60,000 nucleotides of DNA. It comes from Malacoraja senta. Its lineage: Eukaryota. Positions 13,661 through 27,853 of the stretch are shown here, in pieces (the first letter of the stretch is position 1; each line of letters opens with the position of its first letter). Below the pieces are notes generated by a model, which had not been told where the DNA came from, ran no database searches, and saw only the letters and a list, made by a program, of their open reading frames with translations. The position numbers were made by a program, and so were the translations under genes. The stretch lies in NCBI GenBank assembly GCA_038087875.1, contig CM075993.1, positions 7,690,001 to 7,750,000 of the forward strand, written 5' to 3'.

Positions 13661-16600
13661 AACTACAAATACCTGGAGGATACAGCACAATCTACATTCA
13701 TAACTTTGGAAGAGAAAACCAAGTATAATATGCAGAACATCTGATGCACCTGCACTGAGGTTCCATTTTAATATTAACAGCATACCCCTGTCTATTCCCT
13801 CAACTTGCATCCAGAAATCTCCTTATATACACTTGATTACCGATATTTCCATTTAATATTACTAGCTAATTTGGTTATATTACTTCGTATCTTCATCCAG
13901 ATTATTGATATAGATGGAACTCTGGTCCAGCATCTACCCATACTGCATTCCACTAGCTATTCTTCCAATTCCAAAACAGGTCACTTATCCTTGTTTTTAT
14001 TAGCCAGCAAATCCTTAATTCATGCCAGCACATTATCAACAGCACAAGTAGAATACTAATGATTTTATTTATTTTCAATGTGGAAAGAATTAAAGAGTAC
14101 TATTGCTCTACAAGTAATTTGGAAGGCAAAACATTGGCCTACATTCTTGTATTCAAATTCTCTTGCAATTCAAGACATCCTATTACCAGTAAAGAAGGTC
14201 CCACTTGCATCATCCTGGAATATTGTACATAATCTGTTCTCCTTACTAGGATATACAAGAGTGGATTTCAACAAAAGCTGTTCACCAGCTTGAATGCTAG
14301 GATTCTGGCAGAGTAGAGAGGTGGTGTCCCGAGATTGGGTCTGCATTCAAGTTCAGAGAGGTCCTATGGACAGAAACTAGAAAGATGATGTGGATACATC
14401 CCCTAGTTGAGGTCTTGGGCATTTTGAACCAGAGATCAGACAGAAGAGATTTCTTAAAGGTTAGCAAATCTGGACTTTAGCTAGTTTTCCTCCCCATGAT
14501 GTGTGGAGTGAAGTGCATTCGAGACAGATCAGAATCCATCTGCTGCAAATCAGACCCCACTGAACTCTTCATAGCAGTAGACTCCCACTTGTTACATTTT
14601 GGTCTTGCTACAGAATTTACACTGTAATCAAGTAGAGATTCAAAAGCCTATAGTTGCTTGAGCCCACTTTTCCATTATATGATTAGGGCCTATATTTCAT
14701 GTTTCCAAGTGAGCAATGAAACAACCTACTCCACTAATGGAAAACAACCCAAATATGGATAAGTCTAAATCATGGAATATATTATAACCCATCCGTTAAG
14801 ATATTTTGCAGAAGGAATCTCATCTGTGACATCTCAGGACAAGATCAATTGAATGGATAAAACATAAGGATGTGCATCGACATTCTGTGCCTCATCCCAA
14901 AAATATACCGATTTAACTCCCGGACCTACATCAATTTAGCATCTCGTCCCATTGTGAAGTAGCTGATCATATCTTTAGATTCACTTAAGAAACAGCCCAT
15001 CAGCATGTTGGCCCAGTTTCCTCTAGACATTTTGACGAGAAAAACAGGCAACATAAGGAGAGATTAGTTTTCATGCTAGTTTCTTAGAAAGATGTTCTGG
15101 AGTCAAAGAACAGACTATTCTGTGCTTGTCATTGTACAATAAAATGAAATCAAGGCCATCATTGTGAAGATATAGATAGCAGCCATCATATCATAATTTT
15201 ATATTTCAGGGAAATAATAGGGAAAGAATTGTATTGATAAGCTAGCTATAATTTTCAGAAATTCAGGGAAGATTCTATTAGATGGAAAAAATGCTTGGCA
15301 GTCACCCATTCTTCCCATGCCTGCTTGCTCCATCACAATAATTTGTGATCCTTCCTTACACTTTCTATAGTATTCATGTCAATAGTTTTTGTACAATGTG
15401 AGGACTAGCAATCCACCTCTTAATACCCACTTTTCCCTCAACCTTAAGGGATGTCGATTTTCATTGTTAAATGGCAAACAACAATTGTCAAATCAGCGCT
15501 TTAAACGTCTACATGCAAAAGATTGAAGTGTGGCCCTTGAGAAATTCAGTTGAACAATTGTGCTTAAGAAAAATTCCCAAATGCTCCACATGATTTTCTG
15601 ACTAGAACTACTTTGAATCAATCAATTTGAAGGCCATGGATTAAATCACAACACAAATTCTAGGAAATACAGCAATTTGGTCATCTTTATTAGTAGTCAA
15701 CATTTGTTACAATCTACATTGGACTTGCAAAACATGGGAATAGATTAGGCATTGTCCACTCAAGCTTCATAGTCATGTTATAACTGCCAATGAAAAGCCT
15801 TGCATTTCATAAAGCTTATCCATGAAATCAATTATGCATTACTTTGTCTATCACTTGGCAAGTACCACTGCCTCTCAATGTAGAGGGTTTTTCCGATTTA
15901 AGCTCGGGCAAAGTGCAATGAGTTGCATCATCTTCCATCTCCAAGTACAAAGCAAAATAATATGCAAAAGGCCATCCTTATGTTTTAAGAGGGTTCCCTT
16001 TCCAAAAATGGTTAGAACACAAACAATTCATAAATCAAAAAAATAACAAGCATTGAGAGGATCACAGACAGCTATAACAGGAAAGTGAGCAGATATGGGA
16101 AGAGCACCTACCAGCCAGCCTCACTGACCGGTAGTGAGCAAGTGAGTCTTCTCTGAGCTCCCAGCTCACCACAGCCCAGTGCCAGATTGTTGTGCTTGAG
16201 TGGGGAGCAGAGACAGAAGTCATGCAAATGTAAAGTTCCCACCTGGCGCAAGACGCCTGAAGCACTGCATCAGCCAGCAAATCCATCCTCGTTTCCCCAA
16301 AGACTCATTCATATGCACAGGCTATCCACAAGTGCTTGTAGTCTGGAGAGGACCTGGAAATTAACAGTCCCACTCCCATTTATAAAATGTCTACCCAAAG
16401 GCATAGTTTACAATGATGGCAGCTTTTTATTGCTCACCTCCAACTGCTTAATCCTGTGGCCTAATAGCGCAGCCTCGGTTGGACAAATTTAGAGATATTC
16501 TGGTGATGTTTCTATCCACACAAGCCAAGTTACATGGCAGGCAGTGATACCAGTATAATTGAAATAGCTGCAGTTCATATTTTCCCAAGTTACCACTTCA

Positions 16601-17504
16601 GCAAAATCTCCTACTACATTTTCTTATGTACAGCCAATCCCCATTTCTCCATGTTAAAGAGAGGATGTGTTCTTAGACAACAGTCCGCATTGCCATTTTC
16701 TGCAATACTATGCTACATCAAAACAAATTGATAAACTACCTTAACCCCTTACACACCCTCTACCCTACACCCCTCATAGGAGCAGAGAGCAAATTTTATT
16801 ATGCAAATATCTGGATATTGAATTCTGCAAGGGTGAATTTGTTCCCCAAACTGCTGCAATGCAGGGGTCACTAGTGCTTGGTATTTTCCCCCAAATCTAT
16901 CTACTTAATTTGTGCACTCCACTGACCATCACATAGCTTAGACAATTTGTCAAACGTCCATAGGTCCTCCCTAGCTACAAACCCCAACTTGCAGACAATC
17001 CATACATATGAACAAGCGTTTGCAAGACCAGCAGGGTGAATTTACTGACTGCTGCAGGGCGATAGTCAGTAAAAATCAGGGCATTTTCACACGGCTTCTC
17101 CCTACCAATTAACTGAGCAACCCCCCCCCCCCCACTCCCAAACAACAATCAGGGGCTGGGTCACGCAGAGCTGGGAGTGCTGTGCAGGCTCACTCACCAA
17201 AACAATGAGGCTCCTCTTCCCATGACTGACAGTCAGCAGGTAGTGCAATTCCCTTCCTTAGTTTTTATTCATTTCCGACTTGCGCTGTTCTCAGGAACGG
17301 AACTGTTTTAACCTGGGAACTTCCTGCATATGCACATTTCAAAATTACATGCTTTCTGAACAAATAAAAATTCATCGTGACTCATTTATTGCTGGATCAG
17401 TTTCAAGTGCAAAAAGCAATCTTTCTATGCAACCATTCACTTTAATTATTTAAGCAAAATGTTCAAGCACATTTGGAAACATGAGCAGCATTTCATTTTT
17501 TTAA

Positions 17505-18785
17505 AAAAATATTTTAATTTTATTAGAAGTACAATTGTATACAATCATATTTTCATAATACATTTTATGTACAGCTTCTTATTTTTTATTATAGTAAAGA
17601 GGAAAAAGAAAAAGAAATTAGATAATAAAGTATAGAAAAACGTGAGATATATTGTGTGTGGTGAAGAAAAATAGAGAATGAAAGAAGAAAGTTAAAGAGT
17701 AGAAAATAGGAAAAAGAGAGTAAAAGAAAAAAGAAAAAGAAAAAAGGTCTTATTTATAATCTTGAACATCCCTCGCCCAGTCACGACAGAGTTAGCTTTT
17801 ACAATTGTGTTGCACCATATGATTCCAAAAAGACAACAAATGGAGACCAACTCGTTATGAATTGGTCAGATTTATCTATTAGGAGGAATCGCATTTCCTC
17901 AAGATGTGCGGTGTCCAACATACTTGCAATCCACATTTTGAGCGTTGGTATTGGTGTATATTTCCAAAATTTAAGTATTAATTTTTTTGCTATTATTAAA
18001 CCATAATTAAAAATTAATTTTTGAGATGGATTCAGTTTATTCCCATCTTCCATTACCCCAAATATAATCAATTCATTATTAGGTTCCATTTTTATCTTAA
18101 ATAATTTTGGGTTAAACACTTATCGCAAGTGGGGGATATATTTGGATAGAATTTATTTAATCTTGTTTTTGAATAATATAATCTATGTAAAATTTTAAAA
18201 TTGAATTGGATTATGTCTTGCATTAATCGAACATTTGTGAATGTATATCAAATACTTTTCCCATGTAACCTTCGTAATTTTTAGCATTAATTCCTGTTCC
18301 CACTCTTCTCTAAGTACCTCTGTCGCTGGTAGGTCTATATTTAAAATACTATTATATAAATATGATATTAATTTTTGTGCATCAGCTTTAATATTCATTG
18401 CTTCTTCCAATAAATCAGGGTTATTTTTTGATATCCTTGTATGTATTTCTTCAAGAAATCGCAAATCTGAAGATATTTAAAATAATGGTTGTTTTTCAAT
18501 TTAAATTTTAATTGTAATTGTTGAAATGATAACAAATTTCCCATTTCATACATATCCCCGATCCTTTTGGGGGATGCCTAAACTTCCTAAAATTTCCCAT
18601 TGATTATATGTTTTGTCCATAAGAGATGGTTTAAATAAAGGATTATTCGCTATTGGTGTTAACAATGATAGGTTTCTTAATTTTAAGGATAATTTTATTT
18701 GTTTCCATATTCTTATTGTATCATGTATAATTGGGTTCTTCTAATATATTGTATTGTTCAGTTTTTTCGGGGAGATGAACAGCAT
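17505..18785 (-). mobile_element. L1-clade LINE 3' fragment
   Basis: ORF pieces ...ISYLYN...WEQEL......W...LIYIHKCSINARH..IQF and ...LIIAKKLILKFWK......W...M......E..........F...W resemble the fish L1 ORF2 C-terminus; T-rich 3' UTR with AATAAA near 17520. Confidence 0.8.
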
Positions 18786-19399
18786 TTCAAACCAAGCTTA
18801 TACCAATTGCTCCACAATTAGATCCTATACACTGCCTTACTTTGCCCTTGTTAAAAACATGCTTGTACCTCAAAATCACATGCAAACCAGTTAGAAAATG
18901 GATGGATTTCATTCTTGGACCTCTGAGGGTACAAACATTTCTAAGTCAACATGGTTGCACTTTTAAAGATCTAAGTAACCTGTTCAAAACACTATCAATT
19001 TAAACAACCTAAAAAGGTACAGCTCTCATCAAATTAAGCTTTCCTGGAATTGGACAATGTATTAACAGCAACAATTATTAAAACAAACCACCCTATTGAC
19101 TTCCTTTCGACTTTGTTATGCGTTTTTCCCCCCAACATGTTGGCAGAAATTTGAGCTGGCTGCCATGTGGCTTACATTGCAATCAGACATAAGTTCTAGC
19201 TCTATTCATCCTCTATTCATCCTCATTCAACTACCTCCTTTCAAAATCCAGAATACCATTACAGATACCACAAATTGAAAGTCATCCAGAAACACCTTCA
19301 CCTAGAAACGTGCACACTGTTAAACTGCTGGCAACTCAAAATCCCAGCTTTAACTGCCATTTGTACTCGGACAGCTTCCAGCCTTCCATTTAAGTCTCC

Positions 19400-20365
19400 A
19401 AATCCTCTGGTGGTACGACAAAATCTTTTGCTTTTGTCTGCAAACTTGGGTGGTGAGAGATGGCAATAGGGCTAGTCATATGCTCTTCCTCCAGAGTGAT
19501 CACAATTTCCAGTACCTATGGTGCCTATCCCCATGGGAAGTATGTCCAGCTGTGGCTTTTGATTGACCACATTGAGTAACTAGAGCTACAGTTGGATTTG
19601 CTATTCGTGATATTGAGAGTAGACAGGGAGTTTAGTGAGGTGGTACACCAAAAGTGCAAGCTGCAGATAATTAGGTGACCAGCAGGAAAAGTAGAAGGGT
19701 CATTGATACCTTGTCACATGCGCCAAGGTAATTAAAGTATTTGGCACACTATTCAGGCAGATTATACAGAGGTAATGCAAACGAGAAAATAGTGTAAAAT
19801 AGTGTAATGGCTACAGAAAATGGTATGGGTAGGCTGGGAATACAGAATTATCAGCCATTTTCTCAAGATACTGTGGGGGTGGGGAATGTCAGCCACCACC
19901 AAATCCGTGGCACAACAAATGGCTCCGATGCATAGCTGTGGAGGGTGGAGACAAAGAGGGCTGTGGTGATAAGAGACTCTCTACTTAGGGGTACTGACAG
20001 GAGATTGTGACCACAATCTAGACTGCAGGATGGGATGTTACTTCCCAGGTGCCTGAATCAAGGATGTTTGAGTGGCTGGATAACATTCTCAAGTGAAGGG
20101 GGAAGCAATCAGTAATTGCACATATTGGCACTCGTGGCATAGGTAGAAAAAGAGACACGGTCTTACAGAGATAAGGGAGACAAGCAGAATGTTAAAACAG
20201 GACCGAGGGTTGTAAACTCTTAGATTACAACCAGTTCCAAACACTAGAGGGGATAGGAATAAGGAAAGGGCAGATTAACACATTGCTAAAGAGATGCTTC
20301 AAGATAGAGGCATTCAAGTTCATGGGAACTATTGGAATCTCTTCTTGGGTAGAGGTAACCTCCAC
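19400..20365 (+). mobile_element. Degenerate CR1 ORF1 region (SGNH esterase-like)
   Basis: Decayed sequence around 19960-20140 resembling the VIGDS..RG.DR....C.PGA...DV esterase motif of CR1 ORF1. Confidence 0.6.
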
Positions 20366-20367
20366 AA

Positions 20368-20745
20368 CAGGGCTCTCACTTAACTTTTTTTCTGTTTCCA
20401 GCCGGGCAACCTAGGCAGCTTTTTAGGTTGCCAAATGACAATTTAGGTGGTCATTTAAGACGGCTTGCATGACGCCTGCGATAATGTGCTCGGACAAAGT
20501 GCTTAGTTACTAGTCGGAATTATGCTCAATGAAGCATTCACATATTATTTCTGCTTCAAATAAAGTCACAAATACATTCACCAATCAAGACATGATATAC
20601 CACAATGACATGCAGCAAAAATTATAATACAGTATACACAGTATCTCAACTCTTTTTACACGTTGCAATTAATGCAATTTCTATTATTTCTTTCCACTTC
20701 CAAACAAAAATGTGGTTGGATTATTCAGCGTATGATCAACCTCTG
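20368..20745. mobile_element. Possible hAT-like DNA transposon left end
   Basis: Starts CAGGG abruptly within the CR1 remnant, with GGCAACC/GGTTGCC sub-terminal motifs; no matching right end found. Confidence 0.35.
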
Positions 20746-21420
20746 TGAGACCAAGCACAGGCTTGGCGATCGCTTTGCACAACGCCTCCACTCAGTTCGC
20801 AATAACCAACCAGATCTCCCATCTCCTCCACTGTCGGCTTTCTGCAGAGACCGCTCCCTCCGTAACTCCCTGGTCAATTCGTCCCTTCCCACCCAAACCA
20901 CCCCCTCTCTTGGCACTTTCCCTTGCAACCGCAGGAGATGCTACACTTGTCGCTTTACCTCCCCCCTTGACTCCATTCAAGGCCCCAAGCAGTCTTTCCA
21001 AGTGCGGTAGAGGTTCACCTGCACCCCCTCCAACCTCATCTATTGCATCCGCTCTACATCGGTGAGACCAAGCGTAGGCTTGGCTATCGCTTCGCCCAAC
21101 TCCTCCGTTCGGTTCGCAATAACCAACCTGATCTCCCGGTGGCTCAGCACTTCAACTCCCCCTCTCATTCAAAATCCGACCTTTGTCCTGGGCCTCCTCC
21201 ATGGCCAGAGTGAGGCCCACCGTAAATTGGAGGAGCAACACCTCATATTTCGCTTGGGCAGTTTACACCCCAGCAGTATGAATATTGACTTCTCCAATTT
21301 CAGGTAGTCCCTACTTTCTCCTCCCCTTCCCAGCTCTCCCTCAGCCCACTGTCTCCGCCTTCCTTTCTTCTTCCCGCCCCCCCCCCCCCTTCACATCAGT
21401 CTGAAGGGTCTCGACCTGCC
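20746..21420 (+). mobile_element. Rearranged Penelope-like GIY-YIG fragment
   Basis: ETKHRLGDRFAQ and PCNRRRCYTC...GPKQSFQVR, followed by RKLEEQHLIFRLGSLHPSSMNIDFSNFR; the ETK.RL segment occurs twice. Confidence 0.88.
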
Positions 21421-21829
21421 TAAAAGTGCCAGAGACCCAGAATTGATCCTGAATATGGGCGCTGTCTGTATGGAGTTATCTCCTTTTCCCTTTGATCGCA
21501 TGGGTTTTCTCCAGCAGCTCGTTTCCTGCCACATTCCAAAGGTGTGCAGGAACCTATTTCAGACCCAACCCAAAATGTAATATTTTCCTTTTGTCCAGAG
21601 ATTGTCTGACCTGTTGAGTTACTCCAGCTTTTTGTGTCCATCTTCAGTTTAAACCAGCATCTGCAGATCCTTCCTACACACACGATACTGTACGATAGAA
21701 CTTTATTAATCCCAAGAGGGGGAGAGAGAGTGAATGTGTGAGTGTGCAAGAGAGAGCGTGAGCGAGTGCGTGAGCACAAACACACACATATATACATACA
21801 GCTGAGATTAAATTATTCAGGTGTAAGTA

Positions 21830-23520
21830 ATATTCTAAAGGATATTAGGATAGCAAAAAAAGAAAATATCCAAGACAGATAAGGCAATTGAGAATACCAA
21901 GAGATTCTCCAAGTTTATAAGAGCAAAGGGTAACTAGGGAGAGTAAAGGTCCAATTAAGGGTTGTATTGAGCCACAGTAGTTGGGCAAGGAACTAAATTA
22001 AGAATTTGTCTACACTTACTGTTGAGAAAGTCATGGAAACCAAGGAATTTAGCTATGAAGTGATACCCCAAAGCATATCTACATTACAAGTGGTGGTGGA
22101 AGAGAGTGGAGGCAAATAAAGAAGGATAATCCCCAGCGCCTATGCAAGTGTATCCGAAGGATGTTGGGGGGTGAAGGGAAAAAATTGCTGGGGCCCTGAC
22201 AGTTGTTTTAATGTCTTCCTTAGACATGGCCAAGGAACTAGAAGGTGATTAGCTATCATTAGCTAGAGGTTAGGTATCATTGTGCCTTTTAGGACTGCAA
22301 GGACAAGCTAGGGAATGGCAGGCTAGTGAGACAAATGTGGTGACAAGAATATTGGAGGAGATTCAGATGGAATCTATTTGCACTAAAAGGCAAGGAAGAC
22401 AAGAAACAGATGCTAGAATAGAGCAGAAAAACTGCTGGTAGAAATTACCTCCAGATTCTGTAATGTTGTTTTGGACAGTCGGCATGGCTTTGTGCGAGAA
22501 AGTCTCTCAAATATGATTGCATTTTTTAAAGAGACACTCAAGTTGATTGATGAGGGTAGGGCAGTAGTATCTATCAAAGAATCTCCACCATCTGGGCCAT
22601 AACATCCTTTGTTACTGTCAGGTAAGAATACAGAACTTCAAGTTGTACACCAAATGGTTTATGAACAGCTACTTCCCTGCAACTATCAAATTCTTGAACC
22701 AACCTGCACAACACTAATCCTACTTTGGTAATAGTATGGACAACTGCATGCATTTGTGGCCTAGTTTTTGAACTGTACAGTTTATCAATGTCTTGTTCTT
22801 TGCATTCTTTTTTGTTGTCTTAATTTGTATAATCTTTGTAAACTAATGTATTTGTTAGTTTGTCCATATCTGTGCCTGTGAGCACTTATGACAAACTGGT
22901 TTTGAAGATTAGATCACATGAGATGCGGGAGAGATAGCCAACTGGACAAAAAAAAAGCCTTGTGAAAGGAGACAGGTGGTAGTGCAGGCCATCTTTAAGA
23001 TTGGAGACCTGCCGTCAGTAGTGTGCCACAGGAAAGAAAGCTGGGTCCACTGTCACATTAATAATTAGGTTTGCTGATGACACCAGAATTGGTAATGCAG
23101 TGGAAGTAAAGTTTGTCTGCACAAGGGATATAAATCAATTGGGAAATGGTCAAGGAATGACACCTGGAATTTAATTCAGACAAGTATGCAGTGATACATT
23201 TTGGGAAATTAAATCAGGGCAGGATTTGCAAAGTAACAGGGCCCAAAGGAATGTTTTAGAACAGCGACAAATGTAGTTCTTTAAAAGTAGCAATGCTGGG
23301 AGACAAGGTAAAGCTGCATTTATCATGTTACTGCTGTTCAGGGCATTAACAAAACACCTGGAATATTGTGCGCAGTTCTCGTTGCCATGCTACATAGAAA
23401 ATGCGTAATTAAGCTAGAAGGTGCAGAAGGGATTTGCAAGAATGTTTACCAGGTTGGTGTGTTGGGGGGGGGGGGCTTGAGTTATAGGGATAGATTGGAT
23501 TTTTGGGATTATATTTCTGT
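21830..23520 (+). mobile_element. Old degenerate CR1 ORF2 (continues at about 26291-26630 after the Rex1 insertion)
   Basis: Remnants of CR1 RT motifs (cagtcggcatggctttgtg, gtgtgccacagg, tttgctgatgacaccagaattgg, cacctggaatattgtgcgcagttct); the 3' tail resumes after the Rex1 element. Confidence 0.7.
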
Positions 23521-23534
23521 AACGAAAGCCAATG

Positions 23535-26290
23535 GGCTGCGGATCACCACACACAGACGGATCGCCGACTGCAACACCATGGTCTTTACTGAAACATGGC
23601 TCAACGGCAACATCCCGGACAACGCCATCGAGCTGGAGGGGCGCACTGTCTTCAGGGCCGACAGAACAGCGGAGGACTCCGGTAAGACCAAGGGCGGCGG
23701 ACTGTGCATCTATGTGAATAACACATGGTGCACGGACGTTGTTAGGATTGGTAGTCACTGCTCTGCTGACCTGGAATACCTGATGTTAAAGTGCAGTCCC
23801 TTCTATTTGCCCAGAGAATTCACATCGACTGTTATCACGGCAGTCTATGTACCCCCGGACGCTAATGCCAGGCTAGCAATGGAAGAGCTGCAAGCTGCTA
23901 TCAGCAAACATCTATCTGCTCACCCCGAGGGGGCATTTATTGTTGCGGGTGATTTCAACCATTCCGACCTTAAAACTGTACTCCCCAGGTTCCATCAGCA
24001 TGTTTCCTGCCCAACCAGAGGAAACAATATTCTGGACTTAGTTTACACTAATATTACTGAAGCCTACAAAGCCCTCCCCCTCCCTGGTCAGTCTGACCAC
24101 CTCTCTCTGTTCCTGCTCCCCAAATACACACCTCTGATCAGACGTGTGAAACCTACCACGAGACAGTGAAGGTCTGGCCTGAGGTCTGGCCTGAGGGGGC
24201 TGTCTCTGTTTTACAGCAGCAGTTTCAGCAGACAGACTGGAGTGTTTGCTACTCAGTCCACCTTCAATTCACAAGTGGACATCAACTCATACACCTCAAC
24301 AGTTATGGACTATATAAAATTCTGCACCGATAATGTCGCTACCCACAAAGAAATAAAGACCTTCCCTAACCAGAAGCCGTGGATGAGCAGGGAGGTCAGA
24401 CTCCTACTGAAGGCTCGCGATGCCGCTTTCAGATCTGGCGACGCCGAGGGATACAGCTCATCCAGGGCCAATCTGAAAATGGGAATTAGGAATGCCAAAC
24501 TCAATCACAAACGGCAGATTGAGGAGCACTTCCAAAACAACTCTGACCCCAGGCGCATGTGGCAAGGAATCAAATCCCTTGCCGATTACCAGAAAGTTAA
24601 CACCCCTCCCCCAGACAACGCCACCCTTCCTGACGAACTAAACCATTTCTATGCTCGCTTTGACCGGGATAACAAAACCCCAGCCATCAAAGTTGCTCCA
24701 CCCCCAAATGAACAACCCCTCAGTCTCTCCACCTCTGCTGTACAAGATGCACGGAGCAAGGTGAATGAGCGCAAAGCTGCCGGCCCCGATGGCATCCCTG
24801 GCCGGGTGCTTAGGGCATGTGCTGGACAACTATCCCCAGTCTTTACCGACATTTTCAATCTCTCACTGGCCCAGGGTGTTGTCCCCACTTGCCTCAAGAC
24901 ATCAACCATCGTGCCAGTGCCCAAACAGTCAGCCACAGGGAGCCTCAACGATTTCCGCCCAGTGGCACTCACCCCTGTCATTGCTAAGTGCTTTGAGCGG
25001 CTGATCTTGGCTCACCTCAAAGCCAGCCTCCCCCCCACACTGGACCCCCATCAGTTTGCCTACCGGGCCAACAGGTCTACAGAGGACGCCATATCGGCGG
25101 TCCTACACTCTGCCCTGACCCACCTGGACAACAACAACTCCTACATCAGGTTGCTGTTCATTGATTTCAGCTCCGCTTTTAACACTGTCATCCCCGCCAG
25201 CTTGATCACCAAATTCAGCGGGCTTGGCATCTCCACCTCCCTCTGCAACTGGACACTCGATTTCCTCACCAACAGACCACAGTCTGTTAGGGTCAACAAC
25301 CTCACCTCCTCCACTATAACACTGAACAGGGCTGTGTGCTCAGCCCTCTCATCTACTCCCTCTTCACCCACGACTGCATCCCTAAGTACGGATCCAACGC
25401 CATCATTAAGTTTGCTGACGACACCACGGCGGTAGGACTGTTCAGTGACAATGGTGAGTCAGCCTACAGAGAGGAGGTCCAGCACCTGACAACCTGGTGT
25501 GCCAACAATAACCTCGTCCTCAACTCCAAGAAGACGAAGGAAATTATTGTCGACTTCAGGAAGGTCAGAGGGGGCAGACATACCCCCATCCATATAAACG
25601 GGACTGAGGTGGAGCGCGTCTCCAGCTACAAATTCCTCGGGGTACACATCTCGGAGGATTTGTCCTGGTCCCTCAACACCTCCAAGCTGATCAAAAAGGC
25701 ACAGCAACGCCTTTACTTCCTGAGGAGGCTCAAGAAAGCCCACCTGTCCCCCCAGATCCTGACCAACTTCTACCAGTGTACCATCGAGAGCATCCTGACC
25801 ACCTGCTTCACGGTATGGTACAGCAGCTGCACTGTTGCGGACAGGAAGGCACTACAACGGGTGGTGAAAACCGCGCAGCACATCATCGGTGCCCCGCTCC
25901 CTGCCATGGATGCTCTCCACCGAAAACGGTGTCTGAAACGTGCTGGGAAGATCATTAAAGACCCCTCCCACCCCAACCATGGACTGTTTGCCCTCCTCCC
26001 ATCAGGGAGGCGGTACAGGAGCCTCAGGTCTCATACCAGTAGGATGAGGAACAGCTTCTACAATTATACCGTCGCATTGCTGAACTCGGAGTCCCGCCAA
26101 TAGATTCCTCCGGTCCCTCCGTCCCCATTGTTAATTATTCTGTATTTTTGATTATTCTGTATCGTCTTTTTTTTTTTTTTTTTAATTTCTATATTGCACT
26201 ACTACTACGGACTGACGCAAAACTGCATTTCGTTGTACCCATACTCAGTATTTGTGCAATGACATTAAAGTTGAATTGAATTGAATTGAA
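23535..26290 (+). mobile_element. Rex1/Babar-type non-LTR retrotransposon, 5'-truncated, relatively young
   Basis: APE endonuclease motifs (VFTETWL, GGGLCIYVN, AGDFN, SDH) and RT motifs (DFRPVALT, QFAYR, LFIDFSSAFNT, FADD) in three consecutive ORFs broken by small indels. Ends in a (TTGAA)n tail. Confidence 0.9.
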
Positions 26291-27853
26291 TAGAGGCTTA
26301 GAAAATAATGAGGGGAATTGATGAGATGGATTGTCAGTCTTATTTCCAGGATGAAGAATAGGTTAGAGGCAAGAAGGAAAGATTTAAGGGGATCCACGAG
26401 ACAAGTTTCTCTTTCTCCTCCCCCACCCCACAATAGAGTAGTGGTGTATATATGAAATGAGCTGCCAGAGGATGTGGTAGAAGCAGATACAATTACAACA
26501 TTTGGACAGAAAGGAAGGGTTTAGTGGGATGTGGGCCAATTGCAGACAAATGGGACAGTTCAGGAAGACCTTGGTTAGCTTGGTAAAGTTGGTCTGGGAG
26601 AGGCTTTCTGTGCTATGCAACTGACAATTCGATGTTTCTTTGGTCAACTCCAGTATTAAATTTTGTTAGGTTGTATTTTTACACTATTAGGGCATATTAA
26701 GCAGCTAGTTTCCTTCATTTCCCAAGGCATGAAGTACTCATTTGAAGAATGTGGGAAGCATTTAAACAACATTAGCTTTGGATTGAATTTAGTTAAGGAC
26801 ATTTCAAAATCACTACAAAGGCATAGGCAGTATATCTACCCACTTCTACTTAATTAATTCTCAACTAAAGTGCAACTCATCATAGCACACCCATTTAAAA
26901 TTGTCTGAAAACTATTGCACTTCCAACTCCACCAGAATACACACGCAGGATTTTACATCTTAGACTCACTGAACCATTCCCATGAAGCAATTTGTTTTTT
27001 TTCCTGCAGTTATACATCCTCTCCTTTGCAATTTACACAAACTTTGCCCTCACCCCCAGAAATCAGCACTGCGGCATTGCCCTCGACCGTAAGTGATGAA
27101 CCACATTTAAAAATGAAAGTGTCATGCTTCTAAATGCATTTCCACAATGTCAAGATTTCCCAAAACACTGGCAAAATTGGTACTTTAATCATTGATAGAA
27201 TCTTGGAAAGAATGGTAATCTGTGCAGAGCAAGATTATGTTCAAATAGCTTGTGATGTTGCCAAGAAACTAGAGAATGTCTTTTTCCAAGAGTACTATAA
27301 TCTTTTATAGACAGGAGCAGATGGTGAATCAGCTTGACATTTCATTTCAAGGACATCTCCATTAGTGTAACATTTTAATACTGTATAGAATATCTACCTA
27401 GAAACAGACCGAAGCCCTGATCGAGGCTTGCACCCACAACTTAATGCCATCAGACCCTTGAGCAGTTCACAACGTGAAGGTGATGCAATCCTGCAAACTT
27501 CCTGAATCTTCATGATTCATGTCACATAGAACAATTATTCAGACAAAATTACTCACTGCATCTATTGCAGTGGACCACTGATGCACATATTGTCCAGTGA
27601 AAGTAATAATGAAATGAACCGTATTGATCTGAATAAGCATATATTTGAAAGAAAAAAAAGCATTGTAAAATTAAAAAGCAAAGGAGTTCAGTTTTGAGCT
27701 GAACCCAGTAGATGAGAACCAAAGATACCAGCTCCTCTAGTATCTTTGATGAGAACACTGCATTCATTTCCAATTTAAGTCGGTCAGTGGTGATATTGAA
27801 ATTAACTGATAAGACCAGCAGGATTTTCCTCTGTAGTGATCGATAAAAGCTAA

